From positions 1 to 61,365 of the forward strand of contig JARGFH010000020.1 of the NCBI GenBank assembly GCA_029210695.1: a DNA stretch of 61,365 nt, given 5' to 3'. Below are positions 1-10,090 of this stretch, in pieces. Every line of letters starts with the position of its first letter. Positions within the stretch are counted from its first letter, which is position 1. A program made the position numbers and the translations under genes. The notes under the pieces are model-generated. The model was not told where the DNA came from and made no database searches. It saw nothing but the letters and a program-made list of their open reading frames with translations. Source of the stretch: Acidimicrobiia bacterium (GTDB taxonomy: Bacteria > Actinomycetota > Acidimicrobiia > Spongiisociales > JAHEDJ01).

Positions 1-76
1 ATCACTGGCGAGCAGGTGGTCCCATCCCCCTGGCGAAACTCATCTCAAGGTGGTCCCATCCCGCTGGCGGGCGACA
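1..76. mobile_element. Terminal inverted repeat region of an IS21-family-like insertion sequence (element body lies outside the window)
   Basis: 22-bp direct repeat aggtggtcccatccc(c/g)ctggcg at 14-35 and 48-69 plus a partial copy at 1-10. Ends in ...gcgACA (TGT on the minus strand). TGT termini with reiterated subterminal repeats are typical of IS21. Confidence 0.6.
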
Positions 77-112
77 CGTTGGGTCTTGCCCGGAATACAG
101 CCGACGCGGGAG

Positions 113-235
113 GGCTCAGTGGGCCGTGAGCAGTGGGCCGTGAGCAGTAGGCCGTTGGCAATACGCAATTAGCAATTGGCCCAGTAGGAAATGGGCGCCG
201 GCGGGCTCATGGCTATTGCCTATGGCCTGTAGCTG
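113..235. repeat. Degenerate heptamer/14-mer tandem repeats
   Basis: cagtgggccgtgag x2, then cagtaggccgttgg, caatacg caattag caattgg; a partly complementary tract ggctattgcctatggcctgtagct follows at ~211-234. Confidence 0.6.
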
Positions 236-377
236 AGTTGCGGGAAAACCCGTCGGTTGGCGGGAAATCAGTTGCGCTAGAGGATAAAGTCCTTACCTTG
301 CAGTCAGTGAGTCACGACGTTTAGAGTGTCGCCACCGCTAGCACGGTGATGAACGGGACTCGGGGGAGGCAAGGCAA

Positions 378-1406
378 GTGCGGTCAAGGTCAAGACGGTC
401 GGTCGAGTTGGCGCTGTTGACCGCGTTGCCCTTGCTTCTCGCTTCCTGCATCGAAGGCTCACCGCTCGACTCGCTCGACCCGCAGGGACCTGCGGCGCGT
501 CGAATCGACGAACTCGGGACCCCGGTTTTCTGGATTGCCGGAGTGATCCTCGCCATCGTTCTGGGCGGCATGACCTTCGCGATGATCCGCTATCGAGATC
601 GAGGCCAGGCTGATCCAAAGCAGATCCACGGCAACGCCAAGCTCGAGGTGCTCTGGACCGCCATTCCGATCATTCTCCTGGCGGGCCTCGCAGTACCCAC
701 CGTCCAGGCAATTTTCGACCTCACCGAATGCGATGCCGACGCCATGGAGGTCGACGTCATCGGCCATCAATGGTGGTTCGAGTACCGGTACCCGGAGGAG
801 GGCATCACAACGGCCAACGTCATGGTCATCCCGGCCGGCAAACAAGTCTGTCTCAACATGACCTCCGAAGACGTCCTGCACAACTTCTGGATTCCGAAAC
901 TCAACGGCAAGCGCTATCTGGTGCCGGGGCAGCAGACGTTGCTCACCCTCGAGGCCGACCAACCCGGCGAGTACTGGGGCCAATGCGGAGAGTTCTGTGG
1001 ACTGTCCCACGCCCTCATGCGGGCCAGGGTCAGAGCGGTCGGTCAGACCGACTACGAGGCGTGGGTAGCCAGGATGCAGCAACCGGCCACGCTTCCGGCC
1101 GATGGAACCCCTGCTGCAGCGGGCCTCGCCGAATTCAACGGGATTTGCAGCACGTGCCACGTGATCGAGGGTGTGAACCAAATCGACAAGCCGGTGGGGC
1201 CGAATTTGACCCACTTCGCCGATCCCTACCGCAATGTCTTTGCGGGCGCCTCACTCGACCGCACCGCCGAGCACATTGCAGAATGGCTGGCCGATCCACC
1301 CACCATCAAACCAGGATCGTTCATGCCGAACCTCAACCTGACCTCGGATGAGATCGACGTGCTCGTGGCATTCCTCCAAGGGCTCGACCCGACCAAGGGG
1401 AACTAA
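378..1406 (+). CDS. ctaC: Cytochrome c oxidase subunit II with fused C-terminal cytochrome c (caa3-type)
   Basis: Lipobox LLLASC, two TM helices, HQWWFEY, DVLHNFWIP, CuA motif CGEFCGLSHALM, C-terminal CSTCH...GPNLTH...KPGSFMP. Confidence 0.95.
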   Translation: MRSRSRRSVELALLTALPLLLASCIEGSPLDSLDPQGPAARRIDELGTPVFWIAGVILAIVLGGMTFAMIRYRDRGQADPKQIHGNAKLEVLWTAIPIILLAGLAVPTVQAIFDLTECDADAMEVDVIGHQWWFEYRYPEEGITTANVMVIPAGKQVCLNMTSEDVLHNFWIPKLNGKRYLVPGQQTLLTLEADQPGEYWGQCGEFCGLSHALMRARVRAVGQTDYEAWVARMQQPATLPADGTPAAAGLAEFNGICSTCHVIEGVNQIDKPVGPNLTHFADPYRNVFAGASLDRTAEHIAEWLADPPTIKPGSFMPNLNLTSDEIDVLVAFLQGLDPTKGN

Positions 1407-3376
1407 TGGCGAGCACCGCGGCTCCCGCCTCAACCATCTTCCGCCGGCCGAAGCAGACCTCCGGATGGATGAGCTGGCTCACAACGGTCGATCACAAGAA
1501 GATCGGCATCATGTACGGGTACTCGGCCTTCTTCTTCTTCATCCTGGGCGGCCTCGAAGCGCTGATTCTCCGGCTGCAGTTGGCGGGACCCAACGGCACC
1601 GTCCTCGATGCGAACGAGTACAACGCGATGTTCACGATGCACGGCACCACGATGATCTTCCTTTTCGTCATGCCGGTCGGCGCCGCCTTCTTCAACTACA
1701 TGATGCCGCTGATGATCGGCGCCAGAGACGTTGCCTTCCCCCGCTTGAACGCCCTCAGCTTCTGGATCTTCATCTTCGGTGGCATCTTCCTGTACTCCTC
1801 CTTCTTGTTCGGGACAACGGGACCGCCGGCGGGTGGCAACCTCCCGGGTGGTGCCACCGACGCCTCATGGCTGGGCAGCACGATCAACGGCGGGTGGTTC
1901 ATGTACCAGCCCAACGCCGGTCCGCGTTTCTCAACAGGAACGGTGCTCGACTTCGGAGCCATCGGACTCCAGATACTCGGTCTGGCTTCGCTGATCTCCG
2001 CGGTGAACTTCATAGCCACGATCTTCAACATGCGCGCCAAAGGTATGAAGTTGCTGCGGATGCCGGTGTTCGTCTGGATGACTCTGGTTGTGGCGTTCCT
2101 GCTGCTCTTCTCGCTGCCCATCATTGCCGTGGCTCTGTTCATGGTCACATTCGATCGCCAGTTGGGAACCCTTTTCTTCGACACATTCCAGGGTGGCGAT
2201 GCCATCCTCTGGCAGCACCTCTTCTGGTTGTTCGGTCATCCGGAGGTCTACATCCTCATTCTCCCGGCGATGGGGATCGTGTCCGAGACCTTGCCGGTGT
2301 TCTCCCGCAAGCCCCTCTTCGGCTATCCCGCCGTGGTGTTCGCCGGCGCCGCCATCGGGTTCCTCGGGTTCGGTGTATGGGCCCACCACATGTTCGCCTC
2401 GGGGATCACGCCGGTCGCCCAAGCCGCATTCGGGCTGGCAACAATGACGATCGCGGTGCCGACCGGCATCAAGATCTTCAACTGGATGGGAACCATGTGG
2501 ATGGGGAAGATCAAATTCACCACCCCGATGCTGTTCTCGCTCGGCTTCGTGGCCCTGTTCGTCATCGGCGGCCTGTCGGGCGTCACTCACTCGATCGTCC
2601 CCGCCGACTGGCAGCAGACCGACACCTACTACATCGTTGCGCACTTCCACTACGTGCTGTTCGGCGGCGCAATCTTCGGCATCTTCGCCGGCCTCTACTA
2701 CTGGTTCCCGAAGCTCACCGGCCGCATGCTGTCCGAGAAGCTCGGCAAGCTGCACTTCTGGCTCATGTTCATCGGGATGAACCTCACATTCGGACCCATG
2801 CACTGGCTCGGACTCCAGGGAATGGTCCGGCGCACGTGGAAGTATCCAGAGGAATACAACTTTGGGACCTGGAACATGGTCGTGACCGTCGGCGCCTACA
2901 CAATCGCGCTCTCGATCCTCGTGTTCATGATCAACTGGGTCAGGTCGAAGCGAAAGGGCGTCGAGTCCGGCATGGATCCCTGGGACGCCCGCACTATCGA
3001 GTGGAGTATCCCCAACCCGACCCCGGAGTGGAACTTCGGGGTGAATCCCGAAGTGCAGGCTCTCGACGATTGGTGGCACCGCAAGTACGACGAGAACGAA
3101 GAGGGACGCCCCGTCCGAAAGGCCGAGGCCGATGCCACAATCGCGCAGTTCCACGATCAGGGCGTGAACCCGCCCTCGCCGATCCACCTCCCCTCGCCGT
3201 CATATTTCCCGTTCCTGGCGGGCGCCGCGTTCCTCGCCATCGGATACGGCGTGGTCTACCACACGAGAGGATGGGGCCTCCCGCTGCTCGCCTTCGGCGT
3301 GATTCTGCTGTTGTCGTCGATGATCGGCTGGTCACTCGAACCCCTTGAAGAAGATCACGAGGAGGTGCACGCATGA
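1406..3376 (+). CDS. ctaD: Cytochrome c oxidase subunit I (A1-type heme-copper oxidase) with C-terminal two-TM extension
   Basis: TTVDHKKIG, HGTTMIF, WLFGHPEVY, VWAHHMF, VAHFHYV; TAATG coupling with ctaC. Confidence 0.97.
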   Translation: MASTAAPASTIFRRPKQTSGWMSWLTTVDHKKIGIMYGYSAFFFFILGGLEALILRLQLAGPNGTVLDANEYNAMFTMHGTTMIFLFVMPVGAAFFNYMMPLMIGARDVAFPRLNALSFWIFIFGGIFLYSSFLFGTTGPPAGGNLPGGATDASWLGSTINGGWFMYQPNAGPRFSTGTVLDFGAIGLQILGLASLISAVNFIATIFNMRAKGMKLLRMPVFVWMTLVVAFLLLFSLPIIAVALFMVTFDRQLGTLFFDTFQGGDAILWQHLFWLFGHPEVYILILPAMGIVSETLPVFSRKPLFGYPAVVFAGAAIGFLGFGVWAHHMFASGITPVAQAAFGLATMTIAVPTGIKIFNWMGTMWMGKIKFTTPMLFSLGFVALFVIGGLSGVTHSIVPADWQQTDTYYIVAHFHYVLFGGAIFGIFAGLYYWFPKLTGRMLSEKLGKLHFWLMFIGMNLTFGPMHWLGLQGMVRRTWKYPEEYNFGTWNMVVTVGAYTIALSILVFMINWVRSKRKGVESGMDPWDARTIEWSIPNPTPEWNFGVNPEVQALDDWWHRKYDENEEGRPVRKAEADATIAQFHDQGVNPPSPIHLPSPSYFPFLAGAAFLAIGYGVVYHTRGWGLPLLAFGVILLLSSMIGWSLEPLEEDHEEVHA

Positions 3377-3975
3377 GCGACATCGCTCACGATGAGCAGC
3401 TTCACGAGAGCACCGGGATCGAGACCAGGAAGCTCGCTATGTGGATCTTCCTTTCGAGCGAGTTCATGTTCTTCGGTGCACTCATCTCCAACTACCTGCT
3501 GTTCAAGGGCAGGGTCGGATATCCGGAGCCGTATCCGTCGGAAATGTTCGACATTCCGTTCACTTCGGTCAGTTCGTTCGTGCTGTTGATGAGTTCGCTG
3601 ACGATGGTGCTCGCCGACCATGCCATCCACCGGGACGATCAACGTGCGACGCGTACCTGGATTGTCGCAACGGCCCTCCTCGGCATGGTGTTCCTGTCCG
3701 GACAAGCGTTCGAGTTCACCGAGTTCGTTCTTCACGATCCACCGATGACGCTCTCCACCAACCCCGCCGCCTCCGCGTTCTTCACGCTCACCGGCTTCCA
3801 CGGCATGCACGTACTGATTGGCGTCATCATGCTGCTCACGCTCGCCGGCACCTCTTTTCGCAAAGGACGGCTCTCGACCGCGACCGGGCTCAACCTAGAG
3901 AGCGTCGCCCTCTACTGGCACTTTGTCGACATCATTTGGATCGTGATCTTCACGGTCGTCTATCTGATCAAGTAG
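3373..3975 (+). CDS. ctaE: Cytochrome c oxidase subunit III
   Basis: MWIFLSSEFMFF, LTGFHGMHV, LYWHFVDIIW; ATGA overlap. Confidence 0.95.
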   Translation: MSDIAHDEQLHESTGIETRKLAMWIFLSSEFMFFGALISNYLLFKGRVGYPEPYPSEMFDIPFTSVSSFVLLMSSLTMVLADHAIHRDDQRATRTWIVATALLGMVFLSGQAFEFTEFVLHDPPMTLSTNPAASAFFTLTGFHGMHVLIGVIMLLTLAGTSFRKGRLSTATGLNLESVALYWHFVDIIWIVIFTVVYLIK

Positions 3976-3985
3976 GGATCTCCGC

Positions 3986-4303
3986 ATGACCACCCACGCA
4001 CCAACCAAGCCGCACCCCAGCCCGAAGCAGTATGTGCAGATAGCTGTGATTCTGGCGGTGCTCACCGGCGTCGAAGTGGGCCTCTACTACATCGAACAAG
4101 CCGGGGTCTCGTCGGGGATCGTCTACCCGACGCTGATCGTTCTGGCCGCCCTCAAGTTCGTGATCGTCGTCGCCTTCTACATGCACGTCCGCTACGAGAA
4201 GAGCTTGATTGCCCGCTTCTTCACGGTGGGATTCGTCGGGGCTGTCATGTTGTACACGGTCGTTCTCGGCACCTTCGGCGTGCTCGCCGCCTTCGGCGGC
4301 TGA
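3986..4303 (+). CDS. ctaF: Cytochrome c oxidase subunit IV (COX4_pro-like)
   Basis: Three TM helices, LAVLTGVEV, KFVIVVAFYMHVRYE; last gene of the cox operon. Confidence 0.85.
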   Translation: MTTHAPTKPHPSPKQYVQIAVILAVLTGVEVGLYYIEQAGVSSGIVYPTLIVLAALKFVIVVAFYMHVRYEKSLIARFFTVGFVGAVMLYTVVLGTFGVLAAFGG

Positions 4304-4394
4304 GCAAGGGCACCCGGTCGCAAGCTCCAGGTTGCAGTTCCGGGCCTACCGCCGCCACCCACCGGCAAGAAAAGCCAGGGGTCGAGACGCCGGA

Positions 4395-5501
4395 CTACTC
4401 GCCGCGGACGACGACCACCAGGACAATGGCAACGACCACAGTCGCAATGCCAGCCAGTGCCGCGACAACCTCGGTATACCGGAGCTTGATGCTCGGGCGA
4501 TAGCCGCCCAGAAACGCAAAGAGCAAGATCCCCGCTGAGATGACAATGGCCAGCGCGGACGCCGCCTCATGAAACAGCAGGAACAAGGTAGCGATCAACG
4601 CGATCACTCCGGCCAGCACGAGGACCGAGACCAATGGCAGCAGCATCGACTGGGTGAGCCTCGTCCGTACCTCACCCGAATCTGCCGACTCCCCAGCTGA
4701 GAAACCGGCCGGTACTGCCGTCACATGCGCCAGCACGGCTGTGCCGGCCCCCAGCCCGGCACCGCCGATCACGAGCCACCACAGAGCCGTCACGACGGGG
4801 ATCGCCACGATGCCTTCGTCGATCGTCTCCATCCCCAGGGCTCCGGCGAGAACTCCCCCACCGATCGCGCCCAGCGCCAGTCCAATCAATGCGCCGAACC
4901 AGATACCCGATCCACCTACTACCGCCAACTCGGGGCGAAAGAAGGCAGGGCCGCGCCGTCCGAGAATGCCGAGAAACCCCCCGAATACCGCCGCCAGCAG
5001 CGCGGTCGCGATCACGATTGGGAGTATCTCGACCTGCACAACGGCTCGGAAACCCGTTCCCTGTTCCACAGCAGCGGCATTGTCCACGAGGAAGACCGCC
5101 GCCAGCCCGGCAGTAATGAGGCCGAAAAAGCCACCAGCGCCTGCACCCAGCGCGGCGGGAAGCCTCAACCGGCTCCCGAGCGGCGCCGGCTCAAAGGCGG
5201 GCAGTGCAGTTGCGACTGGTTGGAGAGCTTCAGCGGGGGCCGCGGTTGCGGGCTCTGAAACCTCGTCTCCGTCGTCTTCAACTGCATCGACGGGTGCGGG
5301 AACGGCGGATTCCGGCACTACGGCCGGGGCAGCTTTGGGTGCCTCCGGTGCGGCGACGCTGAAAGCAGATCCACTTGCCCAAGCTTCCAAAACCTGCTCG
5401 GCATCAATGCCCTGTGCAGCAGCCCGTGCGTCGACCGAACGCTGGATCAACGCTTCAGGTGCCCCCAGGGTGGCCGCAACCGCGGACAACAACTCGCTCA
5501 T
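4395..5501 (-). CDS. Hypothetical multi-pass membrane protein with soluble N-terminal domain and Ala/Pro/Glu linker
   Basis: ORF 4395..5594; more plausible start MSELLSAV at 5501; about 7 hydrophobic segments. Confidence 0.7.
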   Translation of the reverse strand: MSELLSAVAATLGAPEALIQRSVDARAAAQGIDAEQVLEAWASGSAFSVAAPEAPKAAPAVVPESAVPAPVDAVEDDGDEVSEPATAAPAEALQPVATALPAFEPAPLGSRLRLPAALGAGAGGFFGLITAGLAAVFLVDNAAAVEQGTGFRAVVQVEILPIVIATALLAAVFGGFLGILGRRGPAFFRPELAVVGGSGIWFGALIGLALGAIGGGVLAGALGMETIDEGIVAIPVVTALWWLVIGGAGLGAGTAVLAHVTAVPAGFSAGESADSGEVRTRLTQSMLLPLVSVLVLAGVIALIATLFLLFHEAASALAIVISAGILLFAFLGGYRPSIKLRYTEVVAALAGIATVVVAIVLVVVVRGE

Positions 5502-5566
5502 GGAGCCGGGATGATAGTGGAGTCGCGGGTCGCGGGTCGCGGGCACCTGGTACGTTGTACGTCCCC

Positions 5567-6448
5567 ATGCTCTCCGCACTCTGCTACGGATCACTCAACC
5601 CGGATCTCGTGCACCGGCTCGGTCGCTTTCCCGAGCCTGGAGACGATCTTCGCTCTTTGACGTCCCGCATGACTTACGGGGGAGGCGGCGCCAATCCGGC
5701 AGTGGCACTGGCTGCATGGGGAGCCAACGCCTCCGTACTGGGCAACACACTCGGAGACGATCCACTGGGGAGGTGGCTGATCGACGACCTGGCCGCCCGA
5801 GGTGTCGATATCTCGATGATCGACCTGTCCCACACAACGCAAACGCCACACTGCATCGTGCTCGTGGGTCCCGACGGCGAACGAACCATCATCTCGAGTG
5901 GCTACAGAACAGCCAGGTGGCAGGAGGTGTCTACCGACGTGTGGAAGGGAAGGTCGGTGGCCCTGGTGGACGCGTACTCTGCCGGCGCGGGGGCGGCGGT
6001 GATCGCCGATGCAGCAGATGCAGGTGTCCCGGCAGTTGGCATCGATGTGACGGGCCGGGCGGCAGCCCCGCTTCAGGTATGCGTGTGGTCGAGCCATGAG
6101 CACGCAGTGGAAGACGCGCTGGCCCTGTCTCGATCCGGGCCGGACGTAGTACTCACCAGCGGGCGGGAGGCGGCGGCCTGGTATCGAGCGGGAAACGAGC
6201 TGCATGCGGTGCGCCCACCCGAGGTCGAGGCGATCGACCCGACCGGGGCCGGTGACACTCTCGCCGCCATGGTGGCGTACGGCACAGGGTCTCGATGGGA
6301 GCCGGCACACACGCTGCGTATGGCCGTAGCGGCAGCCTCTCTAACGGTGGGGCTCGAGAGGGGCGATCCGATCCCGGATCTCGGCGCCATCACCTCACTG
6401 GCGGCGACGGTGGCTACCTCAGAACAAGACACGGATCCTTCCGTCTAG
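5567..6448 (+). CDS. PfkB/ribokinase-family carbohydrate kinase
   Basis: GGGGANPAVALAAWG, GDDPLG, DPTGAGDT signature; start MLSALCYGS. Confidence 0.9.
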   Translation: MLSALCYGSLNPDLVHRLGRFPEPGDDLRSLTSRMTYGGGGANPAVALAAWGANASVLGNTLGDDPLGRWLIDDLAARGVDISMIDLSHTTQTPHCIVLVGPDGERTIISSGYRTARWQEVSTDVWKGRSVALVDAYSAGAGAAVIADAADAGVPAVGIDVTGRAAAPLQVCVWSSHEHAVEDALALSRSGPDVVLTSGREAAAWYRAGNELHAVRPPEVEAIDPTGAGDTLAAMVAYGTGSRWEPAHTLRMAVAAASLTVGLERGDPIPDLGAITSLAATVATSEQDTDPSV

Positions 6449-6457
6449 CCTGCCCCT

Positions 6458-8971
6458 ATGCGTGCCATCGGTCGTACCCTATTTCGCTTGATCACCTTCC
6501 TGTTGATTGTCGGCCTCGTCGTCGGGGTCTTCGGTCTCTACCTCGTGCGGCGTTCGTACCCTGTAATCGAAGGCGACGTCCGTGTCGCCGGCCTCGATGC
6601 CCCGGTGGACATCATCCGGGACACAAACGGCATCCCACACGTCTACGCCTCGACCACCCACGACCTCTTCGTGGCGCAAGGGTACGTCCACGCCCAGGAT
6701 CGCTTCTGGCAGATGGACTTCTGGCGTCACATCGGACAGGGGCGTCTCGCCGAGCTATTCGGAAAATCGCAGGTCGAAAGCGACACTTTCCTCCGGTCAC
6801 TGGGGTTCACTCGCCTGTCCGAGTTGGAGTTCGCTGCCCTAGATGATGAGGCAAAGGAGATCCTCGAGGCCTACGCCGAAGGCGTCAATGCCTACCTCGC
6901 CGACCACGCCGGCACCAGGTTGTCGTTCGAATACGCAACTCTGGTCCTTCAGAATCGTGGCTACGAACCCGAACCGTGGGAACCAATCGATACGTTGTCG
7001 TGGGCGAGAATGATGTCGTGGGATCTCGGTGCCAACATGGGCTCCGAGATCGCCAGGGCGGTACTGGCGGGCACCTTGCCGCGCAGCCGCGTCGACGAGT
7101 TGTACCCGCCGTATTCGTCGGATCGGCCCTACGTTCTTCCGGAATCGTCACCGTATGCCGGCGGAGATCCTGCGACTGCCGATCCCGTCGCCGGGCTCAC
7201 GAACGCCAATCTGGCCGCCCTACTGGGTCCGGCGGCAACCTGGATCGAAACCCTCGATGCCCTGATCGGTCCATCCGGTGCAGAGGTAGGCTCGAACAAC
7301 TGGGTAGTGGCCGGCTCGAAGACGTCCACCGGTTTGCCGATCCTCGCCAACGACCCTCACCTCGGCATTCAAATGCCGTCCATCTGGTATGAAGTTGGTC
7401 TTCATTGCGACGGGGCCTGCCCCTTCGACGTCACCGGCTTTTCGTTCGCCGGTGTCCCGGGCGTCATCATCGGCCACAACGACCGGATCGCCTGGGGTGT
7501 CACCAACCTCGCCGCCGACACCCAGGATCTCTACATCGAACGCCTCAACCCGGAAAACCCCGACCAGTACGAAGCCAACGGAGAATGGGTCGACCTCGAG
7601 ATACGCACAGAGACGATCGGAATCGCCGGAACGACACCGAAAGAGATCCAGGTCAAATCAACGCGGCACGGACCGATCATCTCGGACCGGTACGGACCTC
7701 TGGAGGACTTCGGCAGCGAGGCTGGTATCGAGGTACCCATCAACTATGCGGTCGCGCTCAAGTGGACGGCCCTCGAACCATCCAGGCTCGTGCAAGCGGT
7801 GTTGAGCATCAACCAGGCCGCCAACTGGGAGGAGTTTCGCGAGGCAGTGAGTCGCTGGGACATCGCCGGACAGAATTTCGTGTATGCCGACATCGACGGC
7901 AACATCGGCTACCAGAGTTCAGGGCAGGTCCCCATTCGCTCGGCCGGGGACGGCCGATGGCCGGCGGCCGGCTGGGATGGAGCGACCGAGTGGACCGGAT
8001 TCATCCCGTTCGAGAGCATGCCGACCGTGTTGAACCCGCCGGAGGGTTTCCTGCACAGTGCCAACCAGCAGATCGCCGACGGCTCCTACCCGTTTTATCT
8101 GGCGTACGACCTCGACTACGGCTATCGGGGTGATCGAATCGTCGATGTGCTGACCGACGCGACTCAGGTCGACATTGCATTCATCGCAGATTTGCAGCGC
8201 GACAACCGCAACCTCGGTGCGGAAGAGGTGATCCCGGCACTGCTGGCGGTCCCGACCGACAAGCCACTCGTTGGAGATGCACAACACATCCTCAACGATT
8301 GGGCAACCGGCGACGCCTACCAGCAAGGCGCAGACCTCCCGGGGGCTGCCTTGTATGCCACGGTATGGAGACACCTGCTCCGGCTCACCTTCCACGATGA
8401 GATGCCGGAGCGATTCTGGCCAGATGGTGGGAGTCGCTGGTTCGAAGTTGTCAACGGCCTGCTTCAGCAACCAACCAATGCATGGTGGGATATCGCCTCC
8501 ACCTCAGATATTGAAGGTCGGGATGAGATCCTCGAGTTCGCCATCATCGCTGCGATGAACGAGTTGCGCGACGAACTCGGAGACGACCCGGCCGAATGGC
8601 GATGGGGTGATCTGCACGAGGCGACCTTCCGCAACGCGACATTTGGAGAGTCGGGGATTCCTCCCCTGGAATGGCTGTTCAATCGTGGACCTTACGCGGT
8701 GGGCGGAGGCGGATCGATCGTCAATGCCACGACCTGGGACGCCGCCGACGGTTATGAAGTCGTCGCACTGCCATCAATGCGGATGATCGTCGACCTGTCC
8801 AACTTCGAGCGGTCACGAACAATCCACCCGACCGGGCAATCCGGGCACATCTACCACCCCCATTACATCGATATGGCAGAGGCATGGGTGGTCAACGACC
8901 TCCACCCGATGCATTGGGATCGCGATGCGATCGAAGCGGATGCGGAGGGAACGCTGACGCTGAAGCCTTGA
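6458..8971 (+). CDS. Penicillin acylase family (Ntn-hydrolase) protein with N-terminal anchor
   Basis: IIRDTNGIPHVYA, GYVHAQDRFWQMD, beta-subunit start GSNNWVV, ANDPHL, GQSGH. Confidence 0.93.
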   Translation: MRAIGRTLFRLITFLLIVGLVVGVFGLYLVRRSYPVIEGDVRVAGLDAPVDIIRDTNGIPHVYASTTHDLFVAQGYVHAQDRFWQMDFWRHIGQGRLAELFGKSQVESDTFLRSLGFTRLSELEFAALDDEAKEILEAYAEGVNAYLADHAGTRLSFEYATLVLQNRGYEPEPWEPIDTLSWARMMSWDLGANMGSEIARAVLAGTLPRSRVDELYPPYSSDRPYVLPESSPYAGGDPATADPVAGLTNANLAALLGPAATWIETLDALIGPSGAEVGSNNWVVAGSKTSTGLPILANDPHLGIQMPSIWYEVGLHCDGACPFDVTGFSFAGVPGVIIGHNDRIAWGVTNLAADTQDLYIERLNPENPDQYEANGEWVDLEIRTETIGIAGTTPKEIQVKSTRHGPIISDRYGPLEDFGSEAGIEVPINYAVALKWTALEPSRLVQAVLSINQAANWEEFREAVSRWDIAGQNFVYADIDGNIGYQSSGQVPIRSAGDGRWPAAGWDGATEWTGFIPFESMPTVLNPPEGFLHSANQQIADGSYPFYLAYDLDYGYRGDRIVDVLTDATQVDIAFIADLQRDNRNLGAEEVIPALLAVPTDKPLVGDAQHILNDWATGDAYQQGADLPGAALYATVWRHLLRLTFHDEMPERFWPDGGSRWFEVVNGLLQQPTNAWWDIASTSDIEGRDEILEFAIIAAMNELRDELGDDPAEWRWGDLHEATFRNATFGESGIPPLEWLFNRGPYAVGGGGSIVNATTWDAADGYEVVALPSMRMIVDLSNFERSRTIHPTGQSGHIYHPHYIDMAEAWVVNDLHPMHWDRDAIEADAEGTLTLKP

Positions 8972-9086
8972 GAGCCGTGGGCGATAGGCGATAGGCAATA
9001 AGCAATCGTGGGATTCGGCGCTCGCGCAGGGCACCTGGCTGATGGTCCACGGCCCGCCCGCCCGGGAGATGCGCCATACTTGACTC

Positions 9087-9959
9087 ATGCGTGAGTACGA
9101 ATCCCAGCGACGGCCCGACCGAGAAGACGGCGCCTCAGGCCTGGCCGAGCGCCTCGATTCCCTGGGCATGGATTCGGTCGAGCGGGTGTTGCGGCGAGCG
9201 ATCCAGCTCCAGTTCGACGATGAGCACGGCCCGGACACCCTCAGTCCAGAACACATCGAGCGCATCGCCGGGGAGATCGGCATCGACCCTGCCCACGTCC
9301 GCCGGGCTCTCTTCGAGGAGGCCACCGCCTCCGAGCAAGTCGAAATGACACCTCTCGATCGGTTCCTGGCCCCGGTGCGCATGAAGGAGCGCACCATGGT
9401 CGTTGGTGACCTAGCCGAGGTCACCAACACGATCGACACCTGGCTCGAGAAGCACGAGGGCCTCCAGAAGCGGCGCCTGCATGGACACGGAATCGTATGG
9501 GAGAAGGATCCCTCGCCGGTCGCCTCGATTCGTATGGGACTCCACCTGGGCAAGGGCAGCGGAGCTTTGCGGGCGGTCGGACCGGTGACCAACCACGTTC
9601 ACAGCGTCGAACCCGGCAAGCATCTAGTCACACTCGAAGCCGACACCAGCATCATCGGGAAGACCGCCAAGGGTCTCCTGGCAGCCGGCGTCGGATTGTC
9701 GGTTGTGCTGGCGCTGGTACTCGGCATCATGGGCGCCGGTTGGGCGGCACTCGGCGGCGCGGCCGTGGCCCTCGCTGTGTTCGGTGGCATCGCCGTCACC
9801 ACGGCCAGACTGTGGGCCGGTCGCGTGCGCAACGGGCTCAGGCGTGCCCTCGACGCAATTCGCCTGCCCGATGTCAATCGTGTTCACGAGTCGATCTTCG
9901 ATCGGATCGAACGGGCCATCTCCAGCGCTCGCGGGCGCGACACCCGCTCCAAGTATTGA
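9087..9959 (+). CDS. Hypothetical membrane protein (two C-terminal TM helices)
   Basis: 290-aa ORF in a gene-sized gap; CATACT -10-like hexamer 6 nt before ATG. Confidence 0.7.
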   Translation: MREYESQRRPDREDGASGLAERLDSLGMDSVERVLRRAIQLQFDDEHGPDTLSPEHIERIAGEIGIDPAHVRRALFEEATASEQVEMTPLDRFLAPVRMKERTMVVGDLAEVTNTIDTWLEKHEGLQKRRLHGHGIVWEKDPSPVASIRMGLHLGKGSGALRAVGPVTNHVHSVEPGKHLVTLEADTSIIGKTAKGLLAAGVGLSVVLALVLGIMGAGWAALGGAAVALAVFGGIAVTTARLWAGRVRNGLRRALDAIRLPDVNRVHESIFDRIERAISSARGRDTRSKY

Positions 9960-10006
9960 ACCGGAGTCCGGCGGCGTACCATGGTGTTAACAGAAAGGCC
10001 GTCGCT

Positions 10007-10090
10007 GTGAAGAAGCTACTCATCCTCCTCGTCATAGGCGCCATCATCGCCCTCGCCGTCAAGAAGGGCTGCGCCGGCTCGACTCCATAG
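10007..10090 (+). CDS. Putative 27-aa single-TM small protein MKKLLILLVIGAIIALAVKKGCAGSTP
   Basis: GTG start preceded by agaaagg RBS; charged-hydrophobic-charged pattern; below the ORF-track cutoff. Confidence 0.5.
   Translation: MKKLLILLVIGAIIALAVKKGCAGSTP

Noticed and set aside
1348..3348. Long alternative-frame and antisense ORFs (e.g. 1348..3348, 38934..40202, 54268..55623, 59671..60906)
   Set aside because: Arg/Pro-rich shadows of well-supported genes, expected in high-GC DNA
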